Notes: generated by a model from the sequence alone, not told the origin. DNA of 64,000 nt from Trichoplax adhaerens (GCF_000150275.1 NW_002060944.1:2890152-2954151), one strand, 5' to 3'; shown: positions 12,662-25,442, counted from the stretch's first letter. Translations and numbers: made by a program.

Positions 12662-15600
12662 TGTGATAACCCTTCTAAAACTGGCGAAATACATGTTATT
12701 TATAAGCTCTTCTTACTGTATGCAAATTGCAATAATAATACGTGTTATAATTATTGTTCCGTAGACTCCACTGCCATGTACTGTAGTGTACTGTACATAA
12801 GATAGAATATTCATTAATGTATAAATGTATGGACACCAAAAATTATTCAGGATAACTGAAGTACATACTGCATACTAGAGTTGGATACTGTAAATTATAA
12901 ACTACTCTGTCCTGTTAAACATCTGCTTCCATTATTACACCAACGGAGAATTTCGATATTACAAACAAGAAATTTATGCTAGCAGCTAGTTTATACCCGC
13001 TGTTGAGGATGGTTGCATTTGTACCTTCTAATAAATTACACAGCTATCAATGTTACTGCAACGTGATAGATAGTACTATCGATAAAACTACTGTGATTAG
13101 TCATATACAATACTGTGCATGATTGTATTACTTAGTGGGCTGTGATTTGCTAATTTCTGTTGGCTGCGGTTAATGCGCAACTGGTGTAATGTCGAAGTAG
13201 TTTACTGATACTGCACTAGGCTTTGTATGGAATCACCGTTGCAACGATGCTCGCACTGTTTTTTTTATCACTGGATTTTGTAACATGATCAAAGTACTCA
13301 TTACTAAATATACTTAACCGCAGTTCAGAAATCTAAAAGCTTTCTACTATCATGTATCTCTATCTCTAATGCGTGTCACTATGATCTACTAGTATTCATA
13401 TTCTTAAAATGTAACGTCAAAAAATGTTAAAGAAAACAAGATTATACTACACGTATGCTGCCAGTTATACTTTCTATCGAGGCATACCGACTAAAAGTAT
13501 GTTTATATGCCGACCTGCAGCGCCCTCTTCTCAATAGGAGCTCACGACATTAGAATATCAACCAAGCCTATTGACGGGGCATAACCTCAACTTGTTTCTC
13601 AACAACATCGATTCGTTTTAATATTTTCTAAATTTTATACTACTTACATCGAAAGAAGCGTTGTAATCATGTATTTACTATTTCAGGATTCTTTTTCTAC
13701 ATTTGCCTATAATTAAAAAAATTTACTATAATTACTACTGTAACCCTACTTGCTGTACTTCACTAAAAAGCTAAAAATAAACAAAAAATAATACTGCAAT
13801 ACATTGTCGCGGAATGAAAAGTTGTCGAATATTTTATTAGTCTATTTCTATCTAGCCTTTTAAATTATGGCTCTTTACATGAGGATATAGCGTACATAAA
13901 ATGACGCTATGTGCTCCAGGTCATATCCTACCTACTAAATGTCCAGGCGTTAACCTGAAAATTTCGTTCTTACATCCAAGCTTCTGTGATTACTCAGCAA
14001 AAAGCTAGAAGCGTATCTATTCGTAGGTAATCTCAACCATGGACTACTAGAAACTCTCCGACGTGATACTCCTCCACAATGAAAGGCCACATACGGCCAT
14101 TGCATAATATTGCAACCGTAGTTACAATCACTGTAACAAAATATAAAATCTCTTACTGTCTTTACCTAAACCTTAATGCCAAATGCATTTCCTTTACAAT
14201 AAAACGTATACATGCCTTCTGTAGTACATAGCAGTATTAAATATCAGCACTGCAAATCGATAGTATGAGGTTCTCTGAAGATATTTGTCAGAGTGATTCA
14301 TTATCATACGTATAAATAAAAGTATAATGCTGTCTTTAACTTCTATTGGTATGAACTGAACATCGATCACACATGGATCGTTGTAACAATCTTTTACAGA
14401 CGTTAGAGTACTTTTTGTTTACGAATAACTCTCCAGTCAATTAACATGTTGACAAAACAAATTACAAATGATGTACATTTCCTGTAACTGAGGCATCATT
14501 TTCATAATTTATCATTTACACTGATATGGATCCATTCCAATATCACAATACTTTACATATATTATATAATAATATACGCAAATAAAAAAAAATCGCCATG
14601 CAGTCACGCCATTGCACTGTACTTTAATAAGATCTTATTCATATTGCTAAACGACTTAATTCCGACGAATTACATGCCTTAGTATAAATTTACAGTATAT
14701 GCATACTATAGACCTATGTTATCAGCCGATGAAAGACGGAAAAATAGCAACTTTTAATGTTAAGAATTTTTTCTGTATTGTTAATTTTCTAATACAAACA
14801 TCTTACCGTATTTTACTGTAATCTTATCGTTGGTGGCATAGCGAATTTTAAAGATGTAATAGCTCGTCTAATTAATTATCGTACTTAATACTATCGCTGT
14901 TAGCCACTAAAATTACTCCGACTTCTGCTTCCTGAATAGATTAGTTAATTGTTAGACAAAAAGTCCTAATAAAAAATTGCTAATCCAAATCTAATCTACC
15001 CACAGTATGCTAATATGCAATACTGTACTATTTATATTATTCAATTCTACTAATACCCATCTTTTATTTGCAAAATAAGAGCAAAGAGCAGACAAGCCGA
15101 AACAATCTCTTTGATATTACTATTTCGTATCGCTATAACCTCGAGAAATCGTTGCAGTATAAACAAGTCGATGACCTAGCATAATAGAGATTACCAAATT
15201 ATGAATTTATTATCCCTCACGTAATAGCATAAAGCCCTTGTAATGTTTGTCCTAATGTTCCTTGCTGACAAAGATAATTATTGTGATAGCTATTTGACGT
15301 AATAAGTATTTTGTTAGGCTTAAATGATGGATTATGGATAGCACAAACATTGAACCTGACGCTATTTTTTTTAGTTAATATTTTTAAATATTTTAGTCAT
15401 AGCCTGTGCGATTATTGTATTAAGAAATTAATTTTCTTGACGTGCAAGTGGTAGTAAACGATTTACCCTATCCAAACCCTTTCAAGATCAGACGCGTCGG
15501 ATTTGGAGATCATTTGAAAAAAATGCGAGCTTTGACTCTATTCCAGCAAGCTCACTGATTTTGTTTCAAAATAATTTATATAGTCACAAGTTGTATGGCA

Positions 15601-17205
15601 TTGAAGATCTGCTACCTTCAGCATTTAGTTTATGAGAATAGATTTACACAACCCAAAAATTGACATACATGGATTTAATTTATTGCTATATAACGTTAGT
15701 AAAAGATAGTAAAGAACATACTGGCTCAAACACGTATTTAGATCGCTAGGAATCTTAATGGAACACGTAATTTTACTTTGACGATAGTCTCGTGTCTAGT
15801 TACTATCGAAACACAGACTCGTATCATAACAATCATGTTGATTAGCGTATGCTAGAACTATAATATGGCTTGAATCTAAATCTACTTTAAAATAATATAC
15901 ATCCGGAATCAGGAGTATAAATTACATGTAAATAATAAATACTCAAGTATATAAGTAGGCTGATAATTAATAGTTTTCGTAATAAAATATTACTTCACTT
16001 GATATTCTATCATGAGAGAAATGCTTGTAAATAATAAAATTGAATGATTGGAATAAATACTTTGAGACAGCTTTGTGTCAATATCATGGAACAAAAGCAT
16101 TCTGTTTAAACAATTAATATTTCTGCAAGATTAAAGCCTAAACTAAAAAAATACTCGAAGTATATTCGTACTCTCGAGATTTAAATCTGTATGGTGATCA
16201 ACTTTACAAAAATAATCATAAATATAAAGTGTAAAAAGCAATAACAAACTTATACAGTAAATTCTTTTTAATTTATTCATGGTACTTTCTTCAAGCCAAT
16301 TAAAATAGGGTATAATATATGTTTCGACAGGAAGATTGTTTAATCAAATGACTGTTATTCAATTATTATATAAAATTAGTTGTTAAAATAGCAATTGCTA
16401 GTTACTAAGTACAATTTGTAGAAATTATTATCCAGTCTATCGCACTAGTGTCAAATGACTGGCGTCTATACCTATCGGCGCCAGCGACGCAAAGAAAACA
16501 ATTCATATGTCTCTCGCTAATGCCAGACGAATATTATCTGAAAATTTAGTACGTATTTATTATCACACAACTTTAATCGAGCTTTAGTAGCAGGAACAAA
16601 TCTTCGTTGACAACCTAACCTTCCTATTTTGATTACTACAACACCCGTTGAAACAAGTTTCTAATTCTCTGTACTGAAAGTTAAAAATTCTTGTAGCAGC
16701 TTATTCGTGATTTTATCGAAAATCTATCTCTACCTACCATAATATCTCGGCTCACCCTTTCAGTAATTAGCCATTTAGAATACGTGGAGTATCAGTCTTT
16801 TATCCAAAATTTAGTGCTTCGAATTTCTTAATCTTTACCCATCTTTGCGCGAAGTAAACAGATTTTCAAAACTTCAAGTAATTACCCGAAAAATAAAGTT
16901 AAGGTAAATATTAATAGAAGTACCATTTTAACGCCATTTAGTAAAGAAAATTTTTGGTGGTATTGGTCAGATCAATTATAATTATATTATATAATAATTA
17001 TCTGTTTTATGAGTAGAGCATAGTACCTACTGTACAGGAAAGTGATGCAAAAGTAGGAATTGTTATACAGTATAGTGTATAGTTCAGACAATTTACAGTT
17101 AACGATGAAAAGTAAGATCGCCTGTAAATGTAAACTTAGTTACCTCGTGATTTAGTGATATCAATTTTATCGTTTCATTCTGGCTAAAGAATCGATCATC
17201 ACAAA

Positions 17206-20200
17206 ATGGAATTGGACACTATTGAAGAATTTCGTAGAAACGGCAAATCAGTCATTGATTTCATTGCCGATTATTTCACTACCTTGCACATGGATGAAGT
17301 TCCTCCTTTATCAGAAGTTCCACCAGGCTATTTGCGCTCTTATATTCCGAATGAGGCACCTGAAGAAGGCGAAGACTGGCAAACTATCATGGAAGATGTA
17401 GAGGAAGCTATCCTACCGGGGGTACTGTTAAATATTGTATTCTAAGATCTTAAACTATGTAAATGGAGTTATTATACACTCTGATAGAAAGTCCACCATT
17501 ATCATAATGCTTTCGTTTCCAGTTTTTATTTTTTCCGTTTTTCTCTTGTACTAGATTGAGCGCATTGAACTAGGGGTTTTATATTATCGCACCGCAGATT
17601 TTAAATAATAGATTATACTTCGTTCTTATATATTTCAGTTTTCGATCCTGTATCAGTTCTAGATATGTATAGCTTACCTTTAGTGATTAGCTATACCTAC
17701 TTGCTTATGACGTCCCGTAATATGCTTAACTTCCGCAGTAGTGGTAGTTTTATAGCTCTCAGTTTCTCGCTATAAAATTTGTAAAATATGGTATAAACCT
17801 TATTCTAATAGTAGAAAGCTCTTACAACCGCAGCTGTAGTAATTTTACCAAATTAATGATATATATTTAATTTTGTTATTTGATTATGATGTTTATTAAT
17901 ACTGTATATCAAAGCAACCTAAAACTAGAATATCCTACTTCCGTACAACTAATTAGAAAAGAATTAACAATCTTGCACTTTTCATCGCCGTGTTACTAAA
18001 TCGTTGATGACATTGCTTTGAAAACATCATATTTATCCGACCCTGACGGAGTTCGCTAAAAGTAAGTTGTACTTATCTATTCATGATCACAGGTTACCCA
18101 TTGGAACAGTCGTCACTTTCATGCTTACTTCCCACATGGCCTGAGTTATCAGGCAATGCTAGCAGAGCTACTAGGGACAGCTTTTGGTATGGTTGGATTT
18201 ACTTGGGTACGGCAGCAACGCTATATATTAATTTTTACCGTACAAACTAAACTTAAAAAATGCGCTATATGACAGTGTATAGCTCTTTCGGTCAATATTA
18301 TTAGACCCTAAAATAATAAGTGTCTATGATATTAGATGTGTAACTTCAGCACAGAGCATCTCAACACAAATTGAGCTACTAAACATTTTTAAGACATTTA
18401 TAATCTCAGTACCCCTTTTCTTCACAGAAAGCTGGACCTGTGTCAACTGAACTTGAAACTATAGTCACTAATTGGCTAGGTAATATTGAAAAAGAACTAC
18501 AGCACATAAATTGTATTGATTAATGCATATACAAAAAGTAACCAGAGATGGAGTGACCGCTACGATAAGATTAAATTTGTACTCTATGTTTATTGTTGTA
18601 GTATGTTCGAATTTAATCATGAGCACTTTTGTTACGACAATTACCCTCAGTTACATCTTCATTTTTTCTTCTAGGTGAACTAATTAATTTACCAGACGAA
18701 TATTTGACTTACAGTAGCACACATTGTAAGGGTGGTGGTGTATTATTGGTAAGAATACTGTTTAGATATAAATTATGGTAATCATAGGAGATATTACATG
18801 ATTTAAATAATAATATGTAACTACTCAAATAACTTCTATGAAATTTTTATGCAAAATATCATGCAACGTAAGGATAGAAAAAATATAAATACAATTTGTA
18901 GCCTTGAATTTGATAAGATTTTTCATGTTTTATCTAGAGCTCAGCATCAGATTGCTTGATGTCGGCACTAATTGCTGCAAGGTATAAAAGGATTGAGACA
19001 ATGAGGGCTAAACACTACCGTGGTTTTGATTCCAGTAAACTGTTGGGGAAATTTATTGTGTATACTTCAGAACAAGTATGTACGATAGTTCAATATTTTT
19101 CCAATTGCTAAGGGCAGTAATAGATGCTAGACAACACAGTCTACATAGCAATAACTATACTTGCGTATGTTTTTCCCACTATGCATAAATTTATATTGAT
19201 TTTGGCTTGTACGATTGCAATATCAAGATTAACGTCTCAGTAGAGAAAGTATGTATGGCAATGAAAATTAAAGTCAAAAAGCTAGAAACTGATGATTCCT
19301 TTGCTGTCCGAGGAGAAGTCCTTGATAAAGCAATCGAGGTAGTATGAAATGCGTACTATAATTAAGTTTTATAGACATTCATAGAAGTTTGTTCTAGAGT
19401 CGTGTCAGTTGGATTGTACAAATTTCCTGCAATACTTGCTTCCAACTACTAGTGTATTATAGTCATTATGAAGTACACCGCACTGTTTACTTGCTATTAA
19501 AGCTGTACCTGTATGTATTATGTTGCATTTTTAGGAAGATAAAGAAGAAGGCTTAATTCCTTTGGCGGTACGCAATATTATTGTAGATTTACAGATTCAT
19601 GATTAAAGCTATAATCAGTATAATTAGAAAGAAACTACAATTAAGCGATAAGTTACTCATTCTTGTCAACCTTTCCATGAATCAGTCATCTTTTGTGCTC
19701 TTTTAAAGAACGTTCACCTAAATGATTCACTAACTTAGGAAATTTTCCAATTCTCATTTTTGATACCAATAGGTTTGCGCTACAATGGGAACAACAGACT
19801 GTTGCGCTATTGATAACTTAGCTGAAATAGGACCAATCTGTATGAGCTGATCATATATTAGTATATATTGTTAAATTGCTTTATCTACGATCGATAGGGA
19901 TTAATGTTCGCCTGTTCAATCGTTGTTAGGCCAACGAGAACACGTTTGGCTACATGTAGATGCAGCTTATGCTGGCGGTGCTTTAGTTTGCCCGGAATAT
20001 CACCACTGGTTGGATGGCGTGGAAGTAAGTTGAAATGGTTACTATTAGTTATAGGGCAAAAATACTACCTTATCGCATATTTACATATAGAAAATTGTAC
20101 CAATGTCTATTCACTTCTAATGTCAATATATTTTCTCTATTTATTTATTTTCCTTTTCGGTATAGTACACCGATTCCTTTTGTGTCAGCCCACAAAAATT

Positions 20201-21803
20201 AATGTTAAACACATATGGTTCTGCCCTCTGGTAATCATTTTTTTAGTTTGAGATATGTAGGAGTGATTTTTATGACTTTATTTAGAAATTTTGAATTAGC
20301 TTTGGCTAAAGAAACTGAGAATGTACATTCTTGTATAATAATATATTCATAGCAAATTTATTTCTTTTTAATATAGGGTAAAGAATCGTCTCATATTAAA
20401 TCACGCTGTAAATCAGTTTGAAGAACCAATGTACTTACATGGCAGAAGAGGAAGTAGCATTTCTGGTGAATGGCATCTAAGAGCTTGTAGCTTCAGCGCA
20501 AAATACCGACAAAATATTGAACAATGTGAATGTAGGTTTTACGAAAGCAATTAGTGCTGTATTTTATTGAGCTATTTTTTCCTGTCTACGCTATATAATA
20601 TGCATTTGTAACTCGGTTTCTTCACTTTTAACACATATCCTCTATACATTAATTCACAATTCGGATAAGCAAGGCAGGATAACAAACTTTAAGGTATTGA
20701 ATTAGTGATATGTCATGAGTTTATTCCCCTTTACTAATATTTTAAAGTAAAGCTAGATTCAACTCTTAAACACTCCTTAATTAATAAATTATATGTTAGG
20801 ATTGGCAAGTTCCATTAAGTCGAAGGTTCTCTTCGCTTAATCTCTGGATAGTATTACGAAGTTATGGTCGTACTGGATTGCAAGAACATGTACGCAAGGT
20901 AATATTTTAGCCTCGTAGGGGTATAGCTACATCAACATAAAATTTTATTCCTTTACACGGAAGGTAGTTTAAAAAAATTGTGTGCTTGATATTTCTATTT
21001 AAAAAGTAATTGTTTCTTATATTAAAAAATAACAAAATTAACACAATATGTGATTTTGGGATATTTAACATATAGCATGTTCGACTTGCTGGGATGTTTG
21101 CTGATTTTGTTCGAATGGATGCTAGATTTGAGCTAGCAGCTAAGCCAACCCTTGGTTTAGTATGCTTTCGGCTAAAGGTATGTATTACTAAGAAAATCAC
21201 AACACAACTTCTTCGCAATCTCATAGCAATACTAAAGTATGCTTTTACAGTACCTGTTTACTGTACAGTAATTAGCACAATATCGGTGAAATATCGTAAT
21301 CATAAGTTAATACTTACCGTAGCTACCACGTATATAATCCCATAGTATCAGCGTAATATAGCCATCCTACAGAAGTTATTTTAAAAATTGTAACTAGCCA
21401 TAAAAAAAATCTTAAATGATACTTGAAAGTATAACGTTCAATAAATCATCGGTTTATTGGCTAGTCTTAATTTAAAGTTTGGTATTTAAAATTTAACAAA
21501 TCGTTGCTGCTATAAAATGTGGCCCTTTAGAAACATATTCGTTTTAAATTTATGTGGTCTTTATAAGAATCTTATTTTAATTTTTTTGAATATTTACCTT
21601 TACAGGGGGCGAGTAGCTTAAATGAGGCATTTCTGGATTCAGTCAATAATACTGGTAAGCTCCATTTGACGCCAACAACATTGAGAGGAAAATCGGCTAT
21701 TCGATTTTGCATCTGTTCCAACATTACCAATGACGCCGATGTTCGTTTCGCTTGGCAAGTTATTGAAGAAGTAGTAGAAGAGTATGCTGACGACTTAATG
21801 TAA
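17206..21803 (+). CDS. DDC: Group II PLP-dependent aromatic amino acid decarboxylase family enzyme (DDC/TDC/HDC-like; possible aldehyde synthase)
   Basis: About 14 exons: [65 protein letters not shown] lysine in SPQK (20196-20198), [24 protein letters not shown]. Orthology within the family is not established. Confidence 0.93.
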
Positions 21804-23609
21804 ATGATTTTTATACTGCTAGTGTGATAACCAAAATTCAACGAGTTAATAGTTCGCTTTATATGCCTAAAATGCTAGGTACTTCAGTATGCATGATAGC
21901 AGCACTATAGTTTCAGTCAGTATTGACTGAACAAATATACATGTGTTAATGTAAATCTTTGAATTTCTTAGATAGTGCTGTACCCACCTAATCTTTTAAT
22001 GCTCTACATGCTTCGGCATACAATTTGTTTCTCGATAGTATGAGTGTAGTGAATCAGATTTTCTCCCTCTATTATGACGTTATAAAGCAGGCGTAATGTT
22101 CTTTTTAAATGTTATCCTTACTTATGCAAAATGTTGATTAAGTGCATATGGAATTCAAATTTAAGTTTTGTTTGATGCATATGAAAAAGTAATATCGTAG
22201 GATTCAGGGTTCACAGTCAGTTGCACTTTCTGTTTGTACCGTGGCGAATATATCCGATTTTGCCACATATTCAACATTCAACATGTAGTTACTGTTACAA
22301 TCAAGGCGTGTAATTATGTTGCGCATCTTATTGCAGTATCAATGCAATATAAATAAGAGTATATATTTTTCTATATGTATACGTAGTAATATCACATAAG
22401 TAACTACGCACAATTGCAAATTCTTATATCATAGCTACTGAGTATGTACACTCAAAACGTATAACAATGTGAATATTAGCTAGTTGTGATATGCTATGTG
22501 TGTTCGAGTGTAATACTGTACGCATTATCTATCATAGAACATATAGCTTTAATATATACGCATTTTGTGTGCGATATAATTGATTTTGGCTTATTACCTT
22601 TGGCTGCTTTACTCAAATGACTGCTTCAGTATACGAAATACTGTGCTGCATATAATAATTGTCCTTACATAACTGTATGGTAATAATGACATTGTTCTAT
22701 ACAGCTAAACTTTTGAGCTATTTTCTTGGTCAAAGTCATATGAAAATTCTGATTCTACAGGTTGATCAGTTTACCGATATATATTTAATATAATTGTTCC
22801 AAATTAATTTCCCTGACGTTAATTATGTGGTTAATTTCTATATTGGTCGAAATGAAAATGATGTATTTTTCAATTACTACCTGTTGTGAAATCCTACTTT
22901 GCTCAATTATCAATCTTAATAAATAGAAATATTCAATTAGCTCTGCCCGCATACTTGTATGACAACAGCTAAGAAAAATTACAATATTAATATGATTTGA
23001 TAAAAAAGATGTGACGTTGACTGGAATTGATAAAATGTAATTGAGTAGTTTGACGGACCAAATTTAATAGTCATCGAGCATGGAATATGGGGCACCAGGC
23101 TCATTCATACTAGTTCTTTCTGCATAATAGTGGGGAAAGGATACCATTAGTCTAGTGCATCACTTCCATAGAGTAGAATACAATAGAGCTTCTGTATAAC
23201 TTAGCTATCACAAGATAGTTTCCAAGTTTATTGAATAGATGTACAGTATGTAAAACAGGAGCTGAAAAATTATCTCTCCAAATATCATCGAGTAACAAGC
23301 CTACTCGTTTGTATTTATTGCTAAAAATACCCTTACCGAAAATTAGATATAATGTCTTTACAGTTGTTGCATTGCTGCATGAATTATGTATAAGAGCTGT
23401 GCAATATTCCCCCAAATCTTTTCAAATATACGAGTAGTCGTTAATACTACAGCAATATTGTGGTTTGTAACATGAATTTTAAAGCAAGATCAAGGTATCG
23501 AGCAACTATCAAAATACAGAGTATGAGTACAAGTACTATCAATTGCTATTAACTTTATATGGATAATGACAGGTTGGGAAATTTAAAGTATGTATTCTCG
23601 TAAAAGCGT

Positions 23610-24143
23610 TTACAAAAGTCCTTTACGCTTAGCAATATACTTTTGATGGTAGTCTTCCGCGTTATAAAAGGTAGAAGAAGGAATGATGTCAGTCACAGCC
23701 TTAATACCTTTCTTGATAAGGGCATCTTTGGTTTGATGAGCGAGTTTTTCTTGTTCTTTGTTGGCGTAGAATATAACAGATCGATATTGTCTACCCACAT
23801 CGGGGCCTTGACGATTTACCGTGGTAGGATCGTGGGCCTTCCAGAATACGTCCAACAGTTCTTTATAAGTTATTTGCTCGGGATTGAAGTCTATTTTAAC
23901 GACTTCAGCATGGCCAGTCTTGTCAGCACAGATTTGTTCATACGTGGGATTGACTGTGTCACCACCAGCGTAGCCGACGGTAGTTTCTTGGACACCTTTT
24001 AGTGTCCGAAACTTTTCTTCTACACCCCAAAAGCAACCAGCACCAAACACAGCTGTTGAAGTCATTTTCCTGAGTAAAATTCGAGAGATAATTGAATTGG
24101 ATTGCAATCGGTAAGAATTCAAATAGGCTAATGACCGTAACAT
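23610..24143 (-). CDS. MSRA: Peptide methionine sulfoxide reductase A, intron-free core
   Basis: GAGCFWG catalytic motif, GYAGG...NPTY, TGHAEVV, HDPT..NRQG.DVG.QYRS.IF, FY.AEDYHQKY. Arg/Ser/Leu-rich N-terminal extension precedes a second Met at 24065. Confidence 0.96.
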   Translation of the reverse strand: MLRSLAYLNSYRLQSNSIISRILLRKMTSTAVFGAGCFWGVEEKFRTLKGVQETTVGYAGGDTVNPTYEQICADKTGHAEVVKIDFNPEQITYKELLDVFWKAHDPTTVNRQGPDVGRQYRSVIFYANKEQEKLAHQTKDALIKKGIKAVTDIIPSSTFYNAEDYHQKYIAKRKGLL

Positions 24144-25286
24144 AATCGAATTGAATATTATACAATATACTTTTCTATATCATGAAAGGGCAGGATCGCT
24201 AAATCCGGCAATGGTACAATAGTACCAGCTACCGGCAGGGATTGTCATTAGGTCATTGGCTGTACCAGTCGTTGGTTGTGCTCTGTCATCATTGCGAATG
24301 CAAAATCACCATGAGTCGGTCCATCCGACCCACTCAACACTGTTGTGTTCGAACCTTTCTCAGGTCTTACAGTACGTACATTAAAATAGTAGCGTTCTGT
24401 CGCTTCTTGGACAGAGAGACTTACAGTATGCAGTAGACCTGAATGTACTACATAAACAGGACAACTAGCTGAATCAATCACAAAAGTGAATCTCAAAATA
24501 ATAATAATCTCCAGTAATAATCTCAAATAATTTTATATCACTGCACTAGTCTAACGACTCTAACCTCGCTCCGTCGTTCGTCATAATTGAACGTACTATC
24601 AAGCTGGACTAACTGTATACTTTTGACTGTACTATTTGAACAGTCACTCATTCGATCAGTTGCATTGATCTTGGCATTCATAGTCAAGGAAAGCAGTTTG
24701 TAGACGGTAATGAATATATATTTCCTGAATGGCTGTACTGTAGTTTGCGGTTAATTATTTTTATGATATAATCTTGGCTACTGTTATTAGTTAATGCAGT
24801 AATGATTTATTGCGAATAGCGGTGCTCCTATTTGAACTTCGTTGCTTTTCTTGCAGCGATCTGTCGTCAGTGAGCTTGTATCATCAATGTTGAATTAATG
24901 ATTGATGCAAACTTAGCAGCCTGCTTTCTAGTGTGACTGCAGTGCTATGAGTACATTAGTGGTATAACTCTAAAAATAGGAATAGATTGTGGGTAATCAA
25001 CCGCTACGCAATGCAACGATAGATTACTATCATAATAACGTACATAATTACAGTTTTTGATTCAAGATAGTAATGAAATAAAGAAATAGCTAGTCTAACG
25101 TATACGTAAGATCAAATAGAAACGAACTAACCGATGGACGTTGGGCAATATTGCAGATATGTGAGCTCGTAGCGTATATACAGTATATCAATAATTGTCA
25201 TTTAAATTGAATCATGTCATTAAACTATGGGATGATTTGACGATTGCATTTCATGATTATAATAACTATTCAATTACAAGTACAGC

Positions 25287-25442
25287 TTACTGTTTACAGG
25301 TAGCATCTTGCGAATGGCATTGACCAGCATCATCATCATCCACTAAGCTTCCTTTGTTATTAACATTGAATGTATAGGAGTAGCTCGGTAAAGTAAAGAA
25401 TATGACAGTAATCCCAAATAAAGCTAACACCAGAGAATGCAT
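25287..25442 (-). CDS. Signal-peptide-encoding small ORF or first exon (51 aa if unspliced)
   Basis: MHSLVLALFGITVIFFTLPSYSYTFNVNNKGSLVDDDDAGQCHSQDATCKQ*; hydrophobic N-terminus; donor CA|GTAAGC at 25290. Confidence 0.5.
   Translation of the reverse strand: MHSLVLALFGITVIFFTLPSYSYTFNVNNKGSLVDDDDAGQCHSQDATCKQ

Noticed and set aside
13955-14130. Minus-strand frame resembling an insulin B-chain (C-x11-CG..RRR..ASSFL)
   Set aside because: No A-chain (CC-x3-C-x8-C) downstream, since the only CC near 13601 is followed by TGA, and no compatible signal-peptide exon.
23136-23144. U12-type donor GTATCCTTT on the minus strand
   Set aside because: The upstream segment is closed in all frames and no U12 branch site was found.
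23643-24002. Antisense and alternate-frame ORFs over MsrA and CEP350 exons
   Set aside because: They are shadows of real coding sequence with no independent support.
24826-24945. Possible in-frame TGA (selenocysteine) exon on the minus strand
   Set aside because: No selenoprotein similarity and no convincing SECIS downstream.
25290-25345. U14-like pattern (TGATGA...CATTCGCA) on the minus strand
   Set aside because: Domain A is only partial, with no domain B or box D; it overlaps the signal-peptide ORF.
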